This document shows, one piece after another, positions 25,340 to 37,816 of a DNA stretch of 64,000 nucleotides. Where the stretch lies: NCBI GenBank assembly GCA_002189035.1, contig NEEC01000009.1, forward strand, positions 1,240,001 through 1,304,000. Direction: 5' to 3'. This DNA comes from Utricularia gibba. Lineage: Eukaryota > Plantae > Magnoliophyta. The position numbers were made by a program, and so were the translations under genes. Below the pieces are notes generated by a model. That model saw only the letters and a list, made by a program, of their open reading frames with translations. It was not told where the DNA came from and ran no database searches. The first letter of the stretch is position 1. Each line of letters starts with the position of its first letter.

Positions 25340-26311
25340 TCAGTAGTTTGAAGTAATGCATAGTTTTAGACCTTCTGCTCTGCATGAAGTGGGGAGATGT
25401 CCCACATCTGCTGCTGTTGGGCGATGGGTCAGTTGGCGGATGAATGCTTCCAGTGCTTCTTTCATCCATGATTGAGTACAAGCTTCCATCGCTTGTACAA
25501 CCGTCATCTGAGAAACATAACAAAGTTGTCGATAGTTGAAACGAGTCATCAACGGAGATTACATGTTCATCTTTGGTTGTGAACATGTAGCAGTGATTTA
25601 AAGCATACCCAAGTTCGTTGCCGGAGATCCTTCTCTGGCCATACGTCTAATTCTTCGGTGACAAACAAAGGGAACATAGATCCCATGTGAAACTTTTCTT
25701 GGCTTTTGCTCTTGAATGTCCATTCACCTAATTTTTCCTGTAAAGTAATCGACGAGCAAACGGCGTTTAAGATGGTGGATCAGGAACAAAGGAAACAAGA
25801 AAAAAACACAAGCCAAGGTCTTACACCAAGCTTTCCTATTACGCCAGCTTCCTCTAATGTCTCTCGTGATGCTGCCAATTCGATGTCCTCGTCTAGTTCC
25901 CAACCACCCTAATGATTTTTTGGGGTGAAACGGAGAATGTCAAATCAAAAGTTCACTATGTATTGCTAGTATGGAACAACACAAACTGATTGCTTCAGCT
26001 TCTTGCGAGAAAGATGAGGATCCAAAAGGTACCTTGGGGAACATCAACCTCGGGCTTTTCTGAGAGGTGATAAGAAGAACTTCTATGTCTTTAATTTCAG
26101 GGCCATGGACTCTATAAGGAATACACCTACAGGGAACAAATGGTCAGATAATTGATGAAAACAAAGGGGTGACCAATACAGAAACTGCAAGAAGAAAAAA
26201 GAGATTCTTTTATAACACATACCCAACAACCAGACGGCATCCCTTATCATACCGTTGCAAATGCCTTCCTGTACGTGAAATTAAAACAGGAGCCAACATC
26301 TCGATCTGCAT
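25340..26311 (-). CDS. Nudix hydrolase, DIPP-type (NUDT4/17/18/21-like), 5 exons
   Basis: Manual exon assembly gives MQIEMLAPVLISRTGRHLQRYDKGCRLVVGCIPYR...MFPK|GGWELDEDIELAASRETLEEAGV (Nudix box)...WPEKDLRQRTW|MTVVQAMEACTQSWMKEAL. It is absent from the ORF track as a single ORF because the exons are short. Confidence 0.92.
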
Positions 26312-27374
26312 GAAGAAAACAACTAAACCTCTTCTCCCCCTTCTGTTAAAACCAGAAAGACCAAATATTTTTCCTCAAAAGACACCCCAAAGAAAACAAG
26401 GAACCCAGTTAGATGAAAGTTGCAGTGAAACAAACGATGTCCACTGATTTTTATAGAAGATAAATAGCTCGGTGATACTGCTGTCATATCTCATGATGTA
26501 TCACCACCCAAAATCAATGCGAGGGGGCCCCGACTCAACATGCGCACATTGTGTGTCTCTGTTACAAGGCAACATTGCAACACTAGAACGATCATGATAT
26601 GCTGGGATTCCCCCTGCACCATTGCAACTGTAAGTACAACCTTCGGTTACATGAATGATGAAACCATAAATAGTCTCGTTGCTCGTTGTAACAACTACAG
26701 TCCATACTTTCGAGTCGGCAGCAATCATTCCACCCACAAAAATTACCAAAATACCCCGACACAATCACATCAACTTTCATAAATGAGTGCGGGTTCCTTT
26801 CTAGAGCAGTCATAATGCCCTCCAATACCTCCCTTTTCAAATGAGGGATAAAAAGATGCCATACCTCTTCAATCTGTGGAAGGGGAAACAGCGATAAGAT
26901 TCTTCAATTCAGAATTATATGGCGTGCAAGTTTGATATTGACTGCTTCAGCATCCCTTTGCCCAACGTATCTTTTCTCTGATCTGCGCCGAATTTCGCGA
27001 CGAACACACATCGCGCCAACCAGTTGTGGCCACCCGACAGAAATATTTTTATCCACAGAAAAAAGCTAGAAGACAAGTTGAGAGCATCGAGAGCAGTGGG
27101 GGGGAGCTGGGAGAGACGCGTTTCGTCTTCTTCCTCACACCAAATTGGATATATTAGGCTTGAATTAGACTTGAAATGACCCGTATCCGGTGATAGCGGG
27201 CCTGAAATTGACAGGCCCATTGAGCCTACACGCAATTGGACCGGAACTAAAAAACCCTAATGAAATACGCCTGATTTTTTTTATATAAAGGTTTTTTTTA
27301 TGGAAAAGCCAAACAGAAACTGCATTTCAAAGAGCAAATGGTAGAAGCCAACGAGGTTCGATTCGAGGTGCTTT

Positions 27375-29319
27375 CTAGGGTTTCCAGAGGATGGTTGTTT
27401 CAGCAATCATGGCGGTCACCAGATATGGGTCCATGTTGGAAGCTGGTCTCCGGTCCTCGAAGTAACCTTTACCGGCCTGTTCGGTATCCCTTCCGACGCG
27501 AACAGAGGCTCCCCGGTTGGCCACACCCTGCAGACAGATGAGGTTCAAAATGGAGGTTTCTCGTCAGGGACAGGACGGGAGAATGTGGGATGATTATTAC
27601 CCATGAGAAGGTGTTGATGTCTGCTGTTTCATGTCTTCCGGTGAGACGGCGTTCGTTCCCCTCGCCGTAGGCAGCTATGTGATGCTTGTGCCTGAGACGA
27701 AGCTTTTCAATAGCATTCTTGATTACTTCGAAGCCTCCGTCTTCCCTCATGGACTTGGTGCTGTAATTAGTATGAGCACCAGCGCCATTCCAGTCACCCT
27801 AAGGTAAAGAAAGGTGGAGCTCTGATGCATTAGATAATAGACCAAGCTAGTAGGGCTGTAACTTTACTAGGAAAGGCGGTACCTTGATCGGCTTTGGGTC
27901 GAATGAGAGAACAACTCCGGCAATTTCTGTTATCCTCTGTTAACATAGAAACTTCATGAGACTGGAGCTTGATCTGGTAAATGTGCATGGTGCAGGATAA
28001 GTATGAAGGCTGTTCTTGCTGCGTACCTCGAGAATGTATCTTGCTACCCAGAGTTGATCACCGGCTGAGATTCCCACGGCAGGGCCGACTTGGAACTCCC
28101 ACTGATCAATGGGGAGCAGAACCGTAAGGATGTGTAATGGTCTCTTACAGAAATGTCATTCGTCACATGGAAGTAGCATTTTCACCTGGCCTGGCATAAC
28201 TTCCCCATTGATTCCACTGATGTTGATGCCAGCATAGAGACATGCTTTATAATGAGCATCTACAACATCGCGGCCAAAGGCCTTATCAGCCCCAACGCCA
28301 CAGTAGTAAGGACCCTGACATTTTCAAGAGCAGAAAACTAGGATCAAGCGGCAAGCTAATCTGATCAGAAAATAAGGGGGCGTTCGGAGCAGATTTGGAT
28401 GAGATAAGCACGAGTTACATTACCTGAGGGCTGGGGAATCCTCCCACCGGCCAGCCAAGTGGCCATTTCACATCTTTCTGAAGCAGAGTATACTCTTGTT
28501 CAATACCATACCTGTGTCAGTACACCCTCATCGTTAATATGACTCAGGGAAAGGTTGTCTGGAAGGATTGTTTGATTACCATGGCACCTCGGCCGCAACC
28601 TCTGGATGGCTAAAGATTTTCGCAGCCTCGAACCTTTTGTTCGTTGGAATAGGTTCCCCAGCTGGTGTGTAAGTATCACACATCACCTACAGATCACAAA
28701 TCAGAAGAAGAAAATGGCCATTTACTGGGAAATAGTGACAAACTAATAGATGAGTGATTCAGGAAAACATGCATACAAGAATGTGGTTTCCTCTCCTGAA
28801 TGGATCAGGGAAGATTGCTTGTGGGCTGCAAAGGAATAACAGCAGCAAAAAGCCTCTATGTAAGGCACTCAGACAACAATTATTAAGAAGCAACAACAGA
28901 CAGGTTGAAAGAGAAATCCTACTAGAGAATAACTTCGCTGTCCTCTCCAGGGGCTTGGCCTGTGCTAGAACCATCATAGTTCCATTTGGGAAGCTTTGAG
29001 GGATCAGAAACAGGGCCTGAAAGCGTCTGTTTCATGGAATAGATTGGCCTGATTCAGTGAAAAATGGCTACAAACCATGAAATTGTGTGTTCAGGCTGTG
29101 AACAGCAAATTCTTTACCCTGACTTTGCTTCGAAGGTCCAATCCAGATCCACCGATCCTGCAAACCGATGTGAGTGAAAAACCAAGCCATTTCATGAAGT
29201 CAAAACCCAACTTCCACGAAAAGAGACCAATTGACTCCAACTAACCATATGTACTCTGCAATCGTGCTATCAGTAACCTCTGTGAGATTCAGGTTGATGA
29301 GATCGCTGAGGGCAGTCAT
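27375..29319 (-). CDS. GLN1: Cytosolic glutamine synthetase GS1, 11 exons
   Basis: [76 protein letters not shown] and the C-terminus TILWKP*. No transit peptide. Confidence 0.97.
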
Positions 29320-30117
29320 TTTCCCTTCTCCCTATGAGCCCAGAAAGATCCCAAAACACCTCCTTTGTTATACTCCCTTTGCTTGAGGTTTGACACCTTA
29401 AAATGACAATGGAGAAAGGTGAGCTACTGGTCAAGGGCCATAATCTCATTCACCCTATTCACAGCTGTCATTCAAACTCAGCATATGGAAAGTTAGCATT
29501 TTTAGGAGGTATTACCAAAGAAAAACAATCACATGCCATGCACCGATTCAATACTGCGAATCTGGAGTCTTTTAAAACGTCGTCCTTATTAATTTCATTG
29601 CAGAAATATAGCCTTGCAGTCTTCCCATTTCTGTCCCTATGTGGAATTCCACCTCATCAAACTTCCGTAAAGCAAATTTGACGTCTAGTCAGTAGTCACT
29701 CGTTGCCGTGTGCCCTAATTTTGAGATTTTTAAAAAGTAATATAAAATATGCCATAAATTCTGATGTTTAATGAGAATACGTGTCGTCTATAACTACAAC
29801 TCGAGACTAAGCATGGGACACGGCGTTGGACACGTTGGACTGGGGCCCACTTCAGCCTTTTCCCGTTAATCTAAAACAGCCCACCCAAAAATCAGCCCAT
29901 CAAAAGGCCCAGCTCTTCAATGATTCGGGTGGGGGTAAATCGGTAATTGAGAAGGTGGTATATAATTTTCTTTTTAATTTAAAAGTGGGACGGGGCCCAC
30001 GTATGGACACGTCGGAGTATTCTATCGTCGTGAACCACCAGTTCAGGAGAACGGATGAGAGCTCGCCCGTAGTCTTCCCCCCGGCGTAAGCGGCGCAGAA
30101 GTAATAGAAGGGCGGTA

Positions 30118-31139
30118 ATGGCGTATTCCTCGCTTTTAACTTCTGTACCTCACTTCACTCTTCCTAGATCTCGGTTCCAGCGCTTGGGCCGCCGCAACTT
30201 CTCTGTGTCGGCCGCGATTCCTCCGCTTCCCACGGCTGCCGAGGTTTCCGCAGCGTCCGATGCCCTCGATGGCGCTTCAATTGCGGCAATTGGAGGTGGG
30301 TCAGTGGCTGCTCTTGCCGCGGTGCTATCCCTTAGTGACCCAGAGAAGCGGCGGAAAATGCAGGCGGAGGAGGTGGGCGGAGGGGACAAGGAGGTCGTTC
30401 GCGAGTATTTCAATAACGATGGGTTTCAGCGGTGGCGGAGGATTTATGGAGATGGGGATGATGTTAATCGGGTTCAGAAAGATATTAGATTGGGGCACTC
30501 TAAAACCGTGGAGAATGTGATCAAGATGTTGTTGGATGAAGGGCCCTTGAATGGTATCACAGTCTGCGACGCTGGCTGTGGAACCGGCTCCCTGTCTATC
30601 CCGTTAGCCAAGGAGGGAGCTGTTGTGGCGGCCAGCGATATCTCCGCCGCCATGGTCTCAGAGGCTGAGAAAAATGTACTCCCCAATCCGTCTTTCAACT
30701 TTTATATTCCTTAAGATTCAACATTTACACACATGGTGCAGGCAATGGAAGAGCTTGGTAAAGAGAACTCACAAGGAACTGTGCTTCCAAGATTTGAGGT
30801 GAAGGATTTAGAGAGCTTACAGGGGAAGTACAACACAGTTGTTTGTCTAGATGTTCTGATACACTATCCTCAAAACAAAGCTGATGCCATGATAGCCCAT
30901 CTCACTTCATTAGCAGAGAGGCGTTTGATTCTTAGCTTTGCCCCAAAAACATTCTATTACGATCTACTTAAGAGGATCGGTGAACTGTTCCTGGACCTTC
31001 AAAGGCTACAAGGGCTTACCTCCATTCTGAAGCTGATGTGGAGAGGGCATTGAGAAAGGTGGGATGGAAGATCAGAAAGAGAGGTTTGACTACAACACAG
31101 TTCTATTTCTCAAGAATTGTTGAGGCTATTCCTGCATAG
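30118..31139 (+). CDS. CHLM: Mg-protoporphyrin IX methyltransferase, 2 exons (intron 30676-30741), with one apparent -1 frameshift at 30990-30991
   Basis: Transit peptide, EVVREYFN..GFQRW..IY, SAM motif CDAGCGTGSL, VCLDVLIHYP and LILSFAPKT. The conserved tail GPSKATRAYLH...FYFSRIVEA resumes in another frame. Confidence 0.94.
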
Positions 31140-31723
31140 CAGCTCACCTCAAGAGCAGAGTTTGAGTATTGCTTTCCCTGCTACTATTTCATTATACTGC
31201 GAACTGCAAGAGTCATGTAAAATTGCAGGAATCTAGGAAATGTGTGCCCAGGTCTCTCAGACCGTTGTCCAAAAATCTGAATTTTGGTTCCAACATGAAC
31301 TTTTTCCGTTAACTGAAAGCTGGGTACAGGTTCCAACTACAAAGCTTCGACTGACAACCGAACACTCTTGCGATCTGAAACACTGGAAATCAATCCCGTT
31401 ACAACCGGCGGTTTTGCAACGGAAAAAGATCCAGAGTTCAGACAATCTCTCGTCAAAGGTTGAGCTTCAGACCCAGACAGATGGGCCTGATAAGGAAAAC
31501 GGGCTGAATGATTTTAATTGGGCCTGGCCCTGTCAGTTGGTGGAAGGGCAATATATCGGTACTCATGGGCTCGGCCCTTGATTTTGGGCGGCTCAGGGAT
31601 TTCCACCAGTCGTGGAATTATCCGCCGCGGACTGAAAATATCCTGTGTTTGCTTTTGGGGGGAATTGCATGTGATCAACAAGTTTGGAATCGGATTTGGT
31701 CGTACTCGTAACTGAACTGAGAC

Positions 31724-34700
31724 ATGGAGGCGGCGCAAAAAACCCTAGAGCGGGAAGCTTTCCGTCTAGCAGTTGTTAACACTCTCGAGCGCCGGCTTTT
31801 CTATATACCATCATTCAAGATTTACCGCGGCGTTGCTGGGCTCTACGACTATGGACCTCCTGGTTGTGCTGTTAAAGCTAACGTCCTTGCGTTCTGGCGC
31901 CAAGTAGGCCTATATGATGTTTTTCTTTAAATTCTTTATTGACTGGATTTGGTAATGGATGGCGCTGCAGTGCAGTGGTTTCTTTAGTAGTGTATTGGAT
32001 TCAGTACTCGCTTGCAATTTTTATTTTCAGTCGGAGATGTCTGATCTCTTTTTTTTACTGTTATTCAGACCTTTCTTTAGTATGGTTTTTTATACAATGC
32101 TACATCCATGTACCTTGCTTTGGTATTGTGTAGCATTTTGTACTGGAAGAGAGCATGCTGGAAGTTGACTGCCCCTGTGTTACGCCGGAAGTTGTGCTCA
32201 AGGCCTCAGGCCATGTTGATAAGTTCACTGATCTCATGGTCAAAGATGAAAAGACTGGAACATGCTACAGAGCTGATCATCTGCTGAAAGATTTTTGCAA
32301 GGACAAGCTTGAGAAGGACACGAAGCTAGACGCAGAAAAGGTGAAAGAAATTAAGCATATTCTTGCAACGTTGGATGACCTCTCTGCTGAGGAACTTGGG
32401 GCAAAACTTAAAGAATATGGGATTACAGCTCCAGAAACCAAAAACCCGCTCTCTGATCCCTATCCTTTTAATCTGATGTTTCAGACATCAATTGGACCAT
32501 CTGGATTGACCCCTGGGTGAGTATGATTAGTTATCATCTAATCACTCTACCTGCACGGTATGGTTTTGCTTTCATTTGATTTATGAGGTTTGATTTTTTT
32601 TTTTTCAGTTATATGCGTCCTGAGACTGCTCAAGGAATTTTCGTCAACTTTAAGGACTTATATTACTATAATGGAAACAAGCTTCCTTTTGCTGCAGCTC
32701 AAATTGGCCAAGCTTTCCGAAATGAGGTTTTACCACGTTTTCTTGATTTTTTTGCTCTATTGACATCATTTTAATGTCGAATAGCACCATCGACACTTTT
32801 TGTGCAACATGATTTCCATGAATTATCCTTTGTATCTTCCACAGTCATATATAGGTCTAAAACCAATGGATATTGCAGATTTCCCCACGTCAAGGTCTCT
32901 TAAGAGTTCGTGAGTTCACACTCGCGGAAATTGAGCACTTTGTAGATCCAGAAGACAAGTCACATCCTAAGTTTTCTGAAGTGAGCGGACTAGAATTTCT
33001 TATGTTCCCAAGAGAAGATCAGGTATCCGGAAAACAGGCTAGAAGAATAGCTATCGGAAAAGCAGTGTCTCAGGTTATTATTACTGTGTAGAGCCTAATA
33101 GCCACACGACTTTTTTGTCATTCTCAAGTATCTTTATGTCAATCAGGGGATCGTCAACAATGAAACACTTGGATACTTTGTAGGGCGAGTATACCTGTTC
33201 CTGACACAGCTTGGAATAGATAAAGATCGCCTACGTTTTCGACAGCATTTGGCAAATGAGATGGCACACTATGCTGCAGATTGTTGGGATGCTGAAATTG
33301 AATGCTCTTATGGATGGATTGAATGTGTGGGCATTGCTGATCGTTCGGCATATGATTTGCGCGCCCATACAGTAAGTACTATTTAAGTTTACCTTTTTTT
33401 TCAGAATCCCTGATGAGAAATTATATTGGTTGATGCGATGGTTTTTCTCTATTTTTCAGGATAAGAGCGGTGTGCCTCTGGTGGCTGCTGAAAAATTTGC
33501 TGAACCTAAAGAAGTAGAGGTAGTTTCTCCCAATTTTTTCTAGTGCTCCTCTTATATGTAATCCTTTCTGTACTTATTTGCGTACTGACATCAGGAGATT
33601 CACATATCAAGATGCGTGTGCTAATGTATTTATTTATATGGTTTTGTTGGAATAGATTGCTTTGAGCAATTTTCTTTAAAGGCTCCCGGCCCCGAGTTTC
33701 GCATTCGATTGAATAGCTGTTCATGCAATAATTCTCTTATAAGTTTGTAACTTGAATGCTCTCCGAATCATTTGTTAACAGTTGACTGTTTATGGTTTTC
33801 AGAAGCTTGTCATAACTCCTGTTAAGAAAGAAATTGGCCTTGCTTTCAAGAGCAACCAAAAGATGGTGCTTGAAGCCTTAGAGGTATAAGCTCGTTCATA
33901 TTTCTTTTCTCAAGTTACTTTATTTCTTAAAAATTTTGTTGATACCATTATTCTTACTAATGCACAACAATTGTTTTCATATCCTTGTGAAGTGCTTCTT
34001 GTGCATATTTTGGGAGATGATACACTTCTACTAACGATGCTTTTACTCAACAATTGTGAAGGCTATGGGCGATAAGGAAGCTATGGAGATGAAATCATCT
34101 CTAGAAACTGTTGGGGAAGCAGAGCTTCACATTTGTACGCTTGATCAAGTTGTCTCTATAAAGAAAAATATGGTGTCAATCTCCAAGGAGAAAAAAAAGG
34201 AGCACCAAAGAGTCTTCACTCCATCCGTGATCGAGCCATCCTTCGGCATTGGAAGGATCATATACTGTCTCTACGAACACACCTTTTACACAAGGACCAG
34301 CAAGGACGGGGATGAGCAGCTGAACGTCTTCCGGTTCCCACCCCTGGTTGCTCCCATCAAGTGCACCGTTTTCCCTCTGGTTCAAAATCAAGAATACGAG
34401 GAAGTCGCCAAGAAAATTGCCAAGTCATTAACTGCAGTTGGGATTTCTTACAAGATCGATATAACAGGTAACCATCCACCATTTTGCATCCCCATCACTC
34501 TGTCTCTCTCTTTCTGTCCATGCAAGATCGAGTTTGCAGTTGAGTGCACAGCATGTTTGTTCATCTAGAAACTGTGGTTCTCCAATGCAGGCACCTCGAT
34601 CGGCAAGAGGTACGCCAGGACTGACGAACTGGGGGTTCCCTTTGCCATCACAGTGGACTCTGCAACCTCAGTTACCGTCCGAGAGAGAGACAGCAAGGAG

Positions 34701-34808
34701 CAAGTCCGTGTTAACGTGGACGAGGTGGCTTCTTTGATCAAGGAGGTAACAGATGGCGTCAGCACATGGAACGGCGACGTATTGAGGAAGTACCCCACAC
34801 ACCACTGA
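31724..34808 (+). CDS. Glycyl-tRNA synthetase (eukaryote-type, alpha2), 9 exons, short N-terminus
   Basis: [66 protein letters not shown], and the anticodon domain [15 protein letters not shown]. Confidence 0.96.
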
Positions 34809-35444
34809 TCTTCACCATGACACCAACCAAGCGGATGCAGACTCTGGTCACCACACACAGACAGGCATAACTTCCCAGCATTGTTCTGACGTACTACTTG
34901 AACAGCTGCCAGTATCATTTGCATGATTATTGAAAAGGTCATTTTTGTCTTTTCGAGTTCCTTTTTTTAATTTTAAGAAGAGAAAAAAAAGAATATATAT
35001 ATATGCAGCCAAGGCTGGGGAGACATCACAATCAGACAAGAGCAAGAGCGCTACTCCTGTACTGTATTAATGCATTCGTCGTCTTCTTCTCCAGATTGTT
35101 CATTTCGTAAGTGCTTACCTCACCTGGATGAGGATGGGCGCTGGGTATATACATAGACAGGAATGCCTGTTTTAAGTGAGGAGTTGACGTCGGAGATCGC
35201 GGTTGCGGAAACGAAAGTGAGAAAGGCTCTCAAGATTACTGAGCTCATCGTACACATCATCTTTTTCCCTGAACCTCGCTGTGTTGAGTATGCGGTTTGT
35301 CTGATTTTGATGTGATGATTATTCGGCTGAACGGTTGTCGATTGGGATAACGGAGTCTGACGTCTTCAGGGTTGTTGCTTTTCCTTTTTCATGTCTCATC
35401 TCCTTGAATTTCGGATTCTCCAGGTGTAACGGCACAAGCACAGG

Positions 35445-37185
35445 ATGACTCGGGTGTCACTCTCCTTATGTGTTCTCCTGCCAATCCTTCTTCTTTTGTC
35501 AGGATTAGAGTTCTCGCTCGCTTTTTCGACAATTGAAGGGGAGGTGAAGAAACAAGTGTTTATGTCACCTGGATTTGTGTTGGAACCGGGTTCGGTTTCT
35601 AACAAATATTACTATAACATCGATTTTCCTCGAGGTCATATTGCTCTCAAGAGTTTCAATGGTGAAGTGGTTGACGAGCAGGGGAACCCCGTTTCACTTC
35701 ACGATACTTATTTGCATCATTGGGTTGTGGTTCGATACTATCAGAAGTCTGGTTATGATATTCAGGTTCATCAGGGTGATCTTGCTTTCCACAGTTCCAA
35801 TTTCATTACTGTAAAAAATAGTGGGCTGTGCGACCATGGACTGATTCAGTATTTCGGACTTGGCTCTGAGACCAGGAAAACAGCCACTCGTGTGCCTGAT
35901 CCTTATGGTGTTGAGGTTGGTAATCCGGTGGATATCCCTTCCGGATTCGAGGAGCGCTGGATGCTTAATGTGCATGCTATCGACACTCGGGAAGCCGAAG
36001 ATAGGATGGGCTGTACAGAGTGCAGGTGTGATCTGTACAATATCACTGTAGCTCAAGACTATGTTGTGAAGATCAGGCTAGATGCAGGGTGAAAGAGGGA
36101 ATCAGGGGCATTAAGAGAGTCCTTTATTTGAGGTACACAGTGGAATATGTTGACTGGAGCTCAGCTATTGTTCCTGTTAATATTTTCATTATTGATGTCA
36201 CTGATATATGGAGAAAGGCTGATCAGTCCAGAGGCATCAAAGAGCAACACACATGCTTGGTATACATATCAACTTATCTGAAATGTCATTCTTATGCAAA
36301 ATCAGCATGAAAATATATATATTTTTTCTGTTTCAATGCAGATAGAGTATGAAGTCCACCCCTGTTCTTCTAGTAGTTCTAATGACGCCTGCACCCACTC
36401 AAAAACCTTGACTGTCAAAATGCCTACCGGTGGTGATGTTATATATGGTGTTGGGCACCAACATTCGGGAGGCACGGGAATAACTCTACTTGGAGAGGTG
36501 ATTCCTTCAAAACATATAAATTGGCATGCTGTGTTGAAAACCATAAGCTAATGGATGAACTAACTGTTTCAGGGAGGGCGCCATATATGCTCATCTATTC
36601 CGGAATACGGAAAAGGAACTGAACCTGGAAACGAGGACGGCCATATTGTGGGAATGTCCACATGTTATCCTTCACCAGGATCAATCAAGATCTCTGCAGG
36701 GGAGATGCTTACTCTGGTGTCCAATTATAGCAGTGCACAGCTCCATACTGGGGTCATGGGGTTGTTTTACATCCTAGTTGCTGAGGAGCCCGACACTCTC
36801 CTCCATGCTGCAGTTGAAGTAAGTTTCCCCCCTTCCGGTTTCCTAATTCTCCTTTCGACTACATACTTAAATAGCAACGTAAATAGTAATGTAGACACAC
36901 TGAGAGCTCGAAACATGGATTCAACTCTTCTGTGCCTTCTCTTTACCACATCTTGTACCTCCAACATGAATGCAACTGCCACCTTGTTAATGACACATTT
37001 CTGAATCCACACTGTTTCTTCTCAAACTGTGGATGATTTTTCTTATGGTTTTGCAGGGTAAGCAATCAAGCAGAGCCCCCAGTGTAGTTATATTGTTTGC
37101 TGTCTTCGGGGCTGGGGCTATTGCAGCAATTGCTTTTCTAAAGCGCGGAAAGAAGGAAGGGCAAGAGTATGAAGCTATACCATGA
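35445..37185 (+). pseudogene. Stress up-regulated Nod19 (SURNod19)-like membrane protein, 4 exons, frameshifted by a multi-base deletion near 36051-36062
   Basis: Signal peptide, YYNIDFPRGHIALKSF.GEVVDE, LHHW, QYFGLGSETRKT, CTECRCDLYN, HQHSGG, GHIVGMSTCYP and a C-terminal TM segment. The frame breaks at 36092. The family call is strong; the pseudogene status is uncertain. Confidence 0.65.
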
Positions 37186-37606
37186 GGTGACCCTCACTGA
37201 GTTGCATAACTTTGCTCTTGTCATGTCAACTGATGCTCAACGCTTTGGACTGTGTAGCATGAGCACGAAATCAAATAACCATCAAAAGTACTGTATAATG
37301 ATGGGTTCAATACCAGGATATACTTTTTTTAAAATATTAGAGATTTAAAAAATATATTTTATTTTTATACTAAATAATAATAATAATAAATGGGATTTAA
37401 ACGGTGAGCTTCCTAAAAATATAATGGGCCTAAGGATGTTTAGATGAGCCCCTGTAAGATCCATAGCGAGGGCCCAATGAACCCGATGTGGACCCCACAA
37501 AAGAGCACATGTTTGGGCCTTCAGATTTATAGATTAAAGGCCCAAACGAATTGTTTAATACGGATCAATGGAACCCGGTCTGGTCAGCGAATTGTCACTC
37601 AGTCTA

Positions 37607-37625
37607 CGTGGGTGCCTCTCATTGG
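37607..37625 (-). promoter_or_regulatory. ER stress response element (ERSE) in the calnexin promoter
   Basis: The minus strand reads CCAATGAGAGGCACCCACG, which is CCAAT-N9-CCACG (equally CCAAT-N10-CACG). It lies about 190 bp upstream of the calnexin ATG, with a TATA box (tataaata) near 37681. Calnexin is a known UPR target. Confidence 0.85.
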
Positions 37626-37816
37626 TTGATGAAACCTGTAAAGAATGTGATTGGGCGAAACAGCGGGAGTTGCGGAGGTTTATAAATAGAGGCGGCTAAG
37701 TCGGCCTTCAGCTTTAACCGTTGCAACAACACAGCACATCCCCAATTCCTTTCACTGGTTCCTTTGTCAAGAACCTTTCTGGATTGAGGGAGGATCGGAG
37801 GAGAAGGATCTTGAAA

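Noticed and set aside
31514-31738. Arg/Pro-rich ORF resembling a mitochondrial presequence next to the GlyRS start
   Set aside because: It is on the opposite strand to GlyRS and cannot be its N-terminus.
35312-35360. GTGATGA ... CTGA ... CTGA resembling a box C/D snoRNA
   Set aside because: Only 49 nt, no terminal stem, and no recognisable rRNA antisense element.
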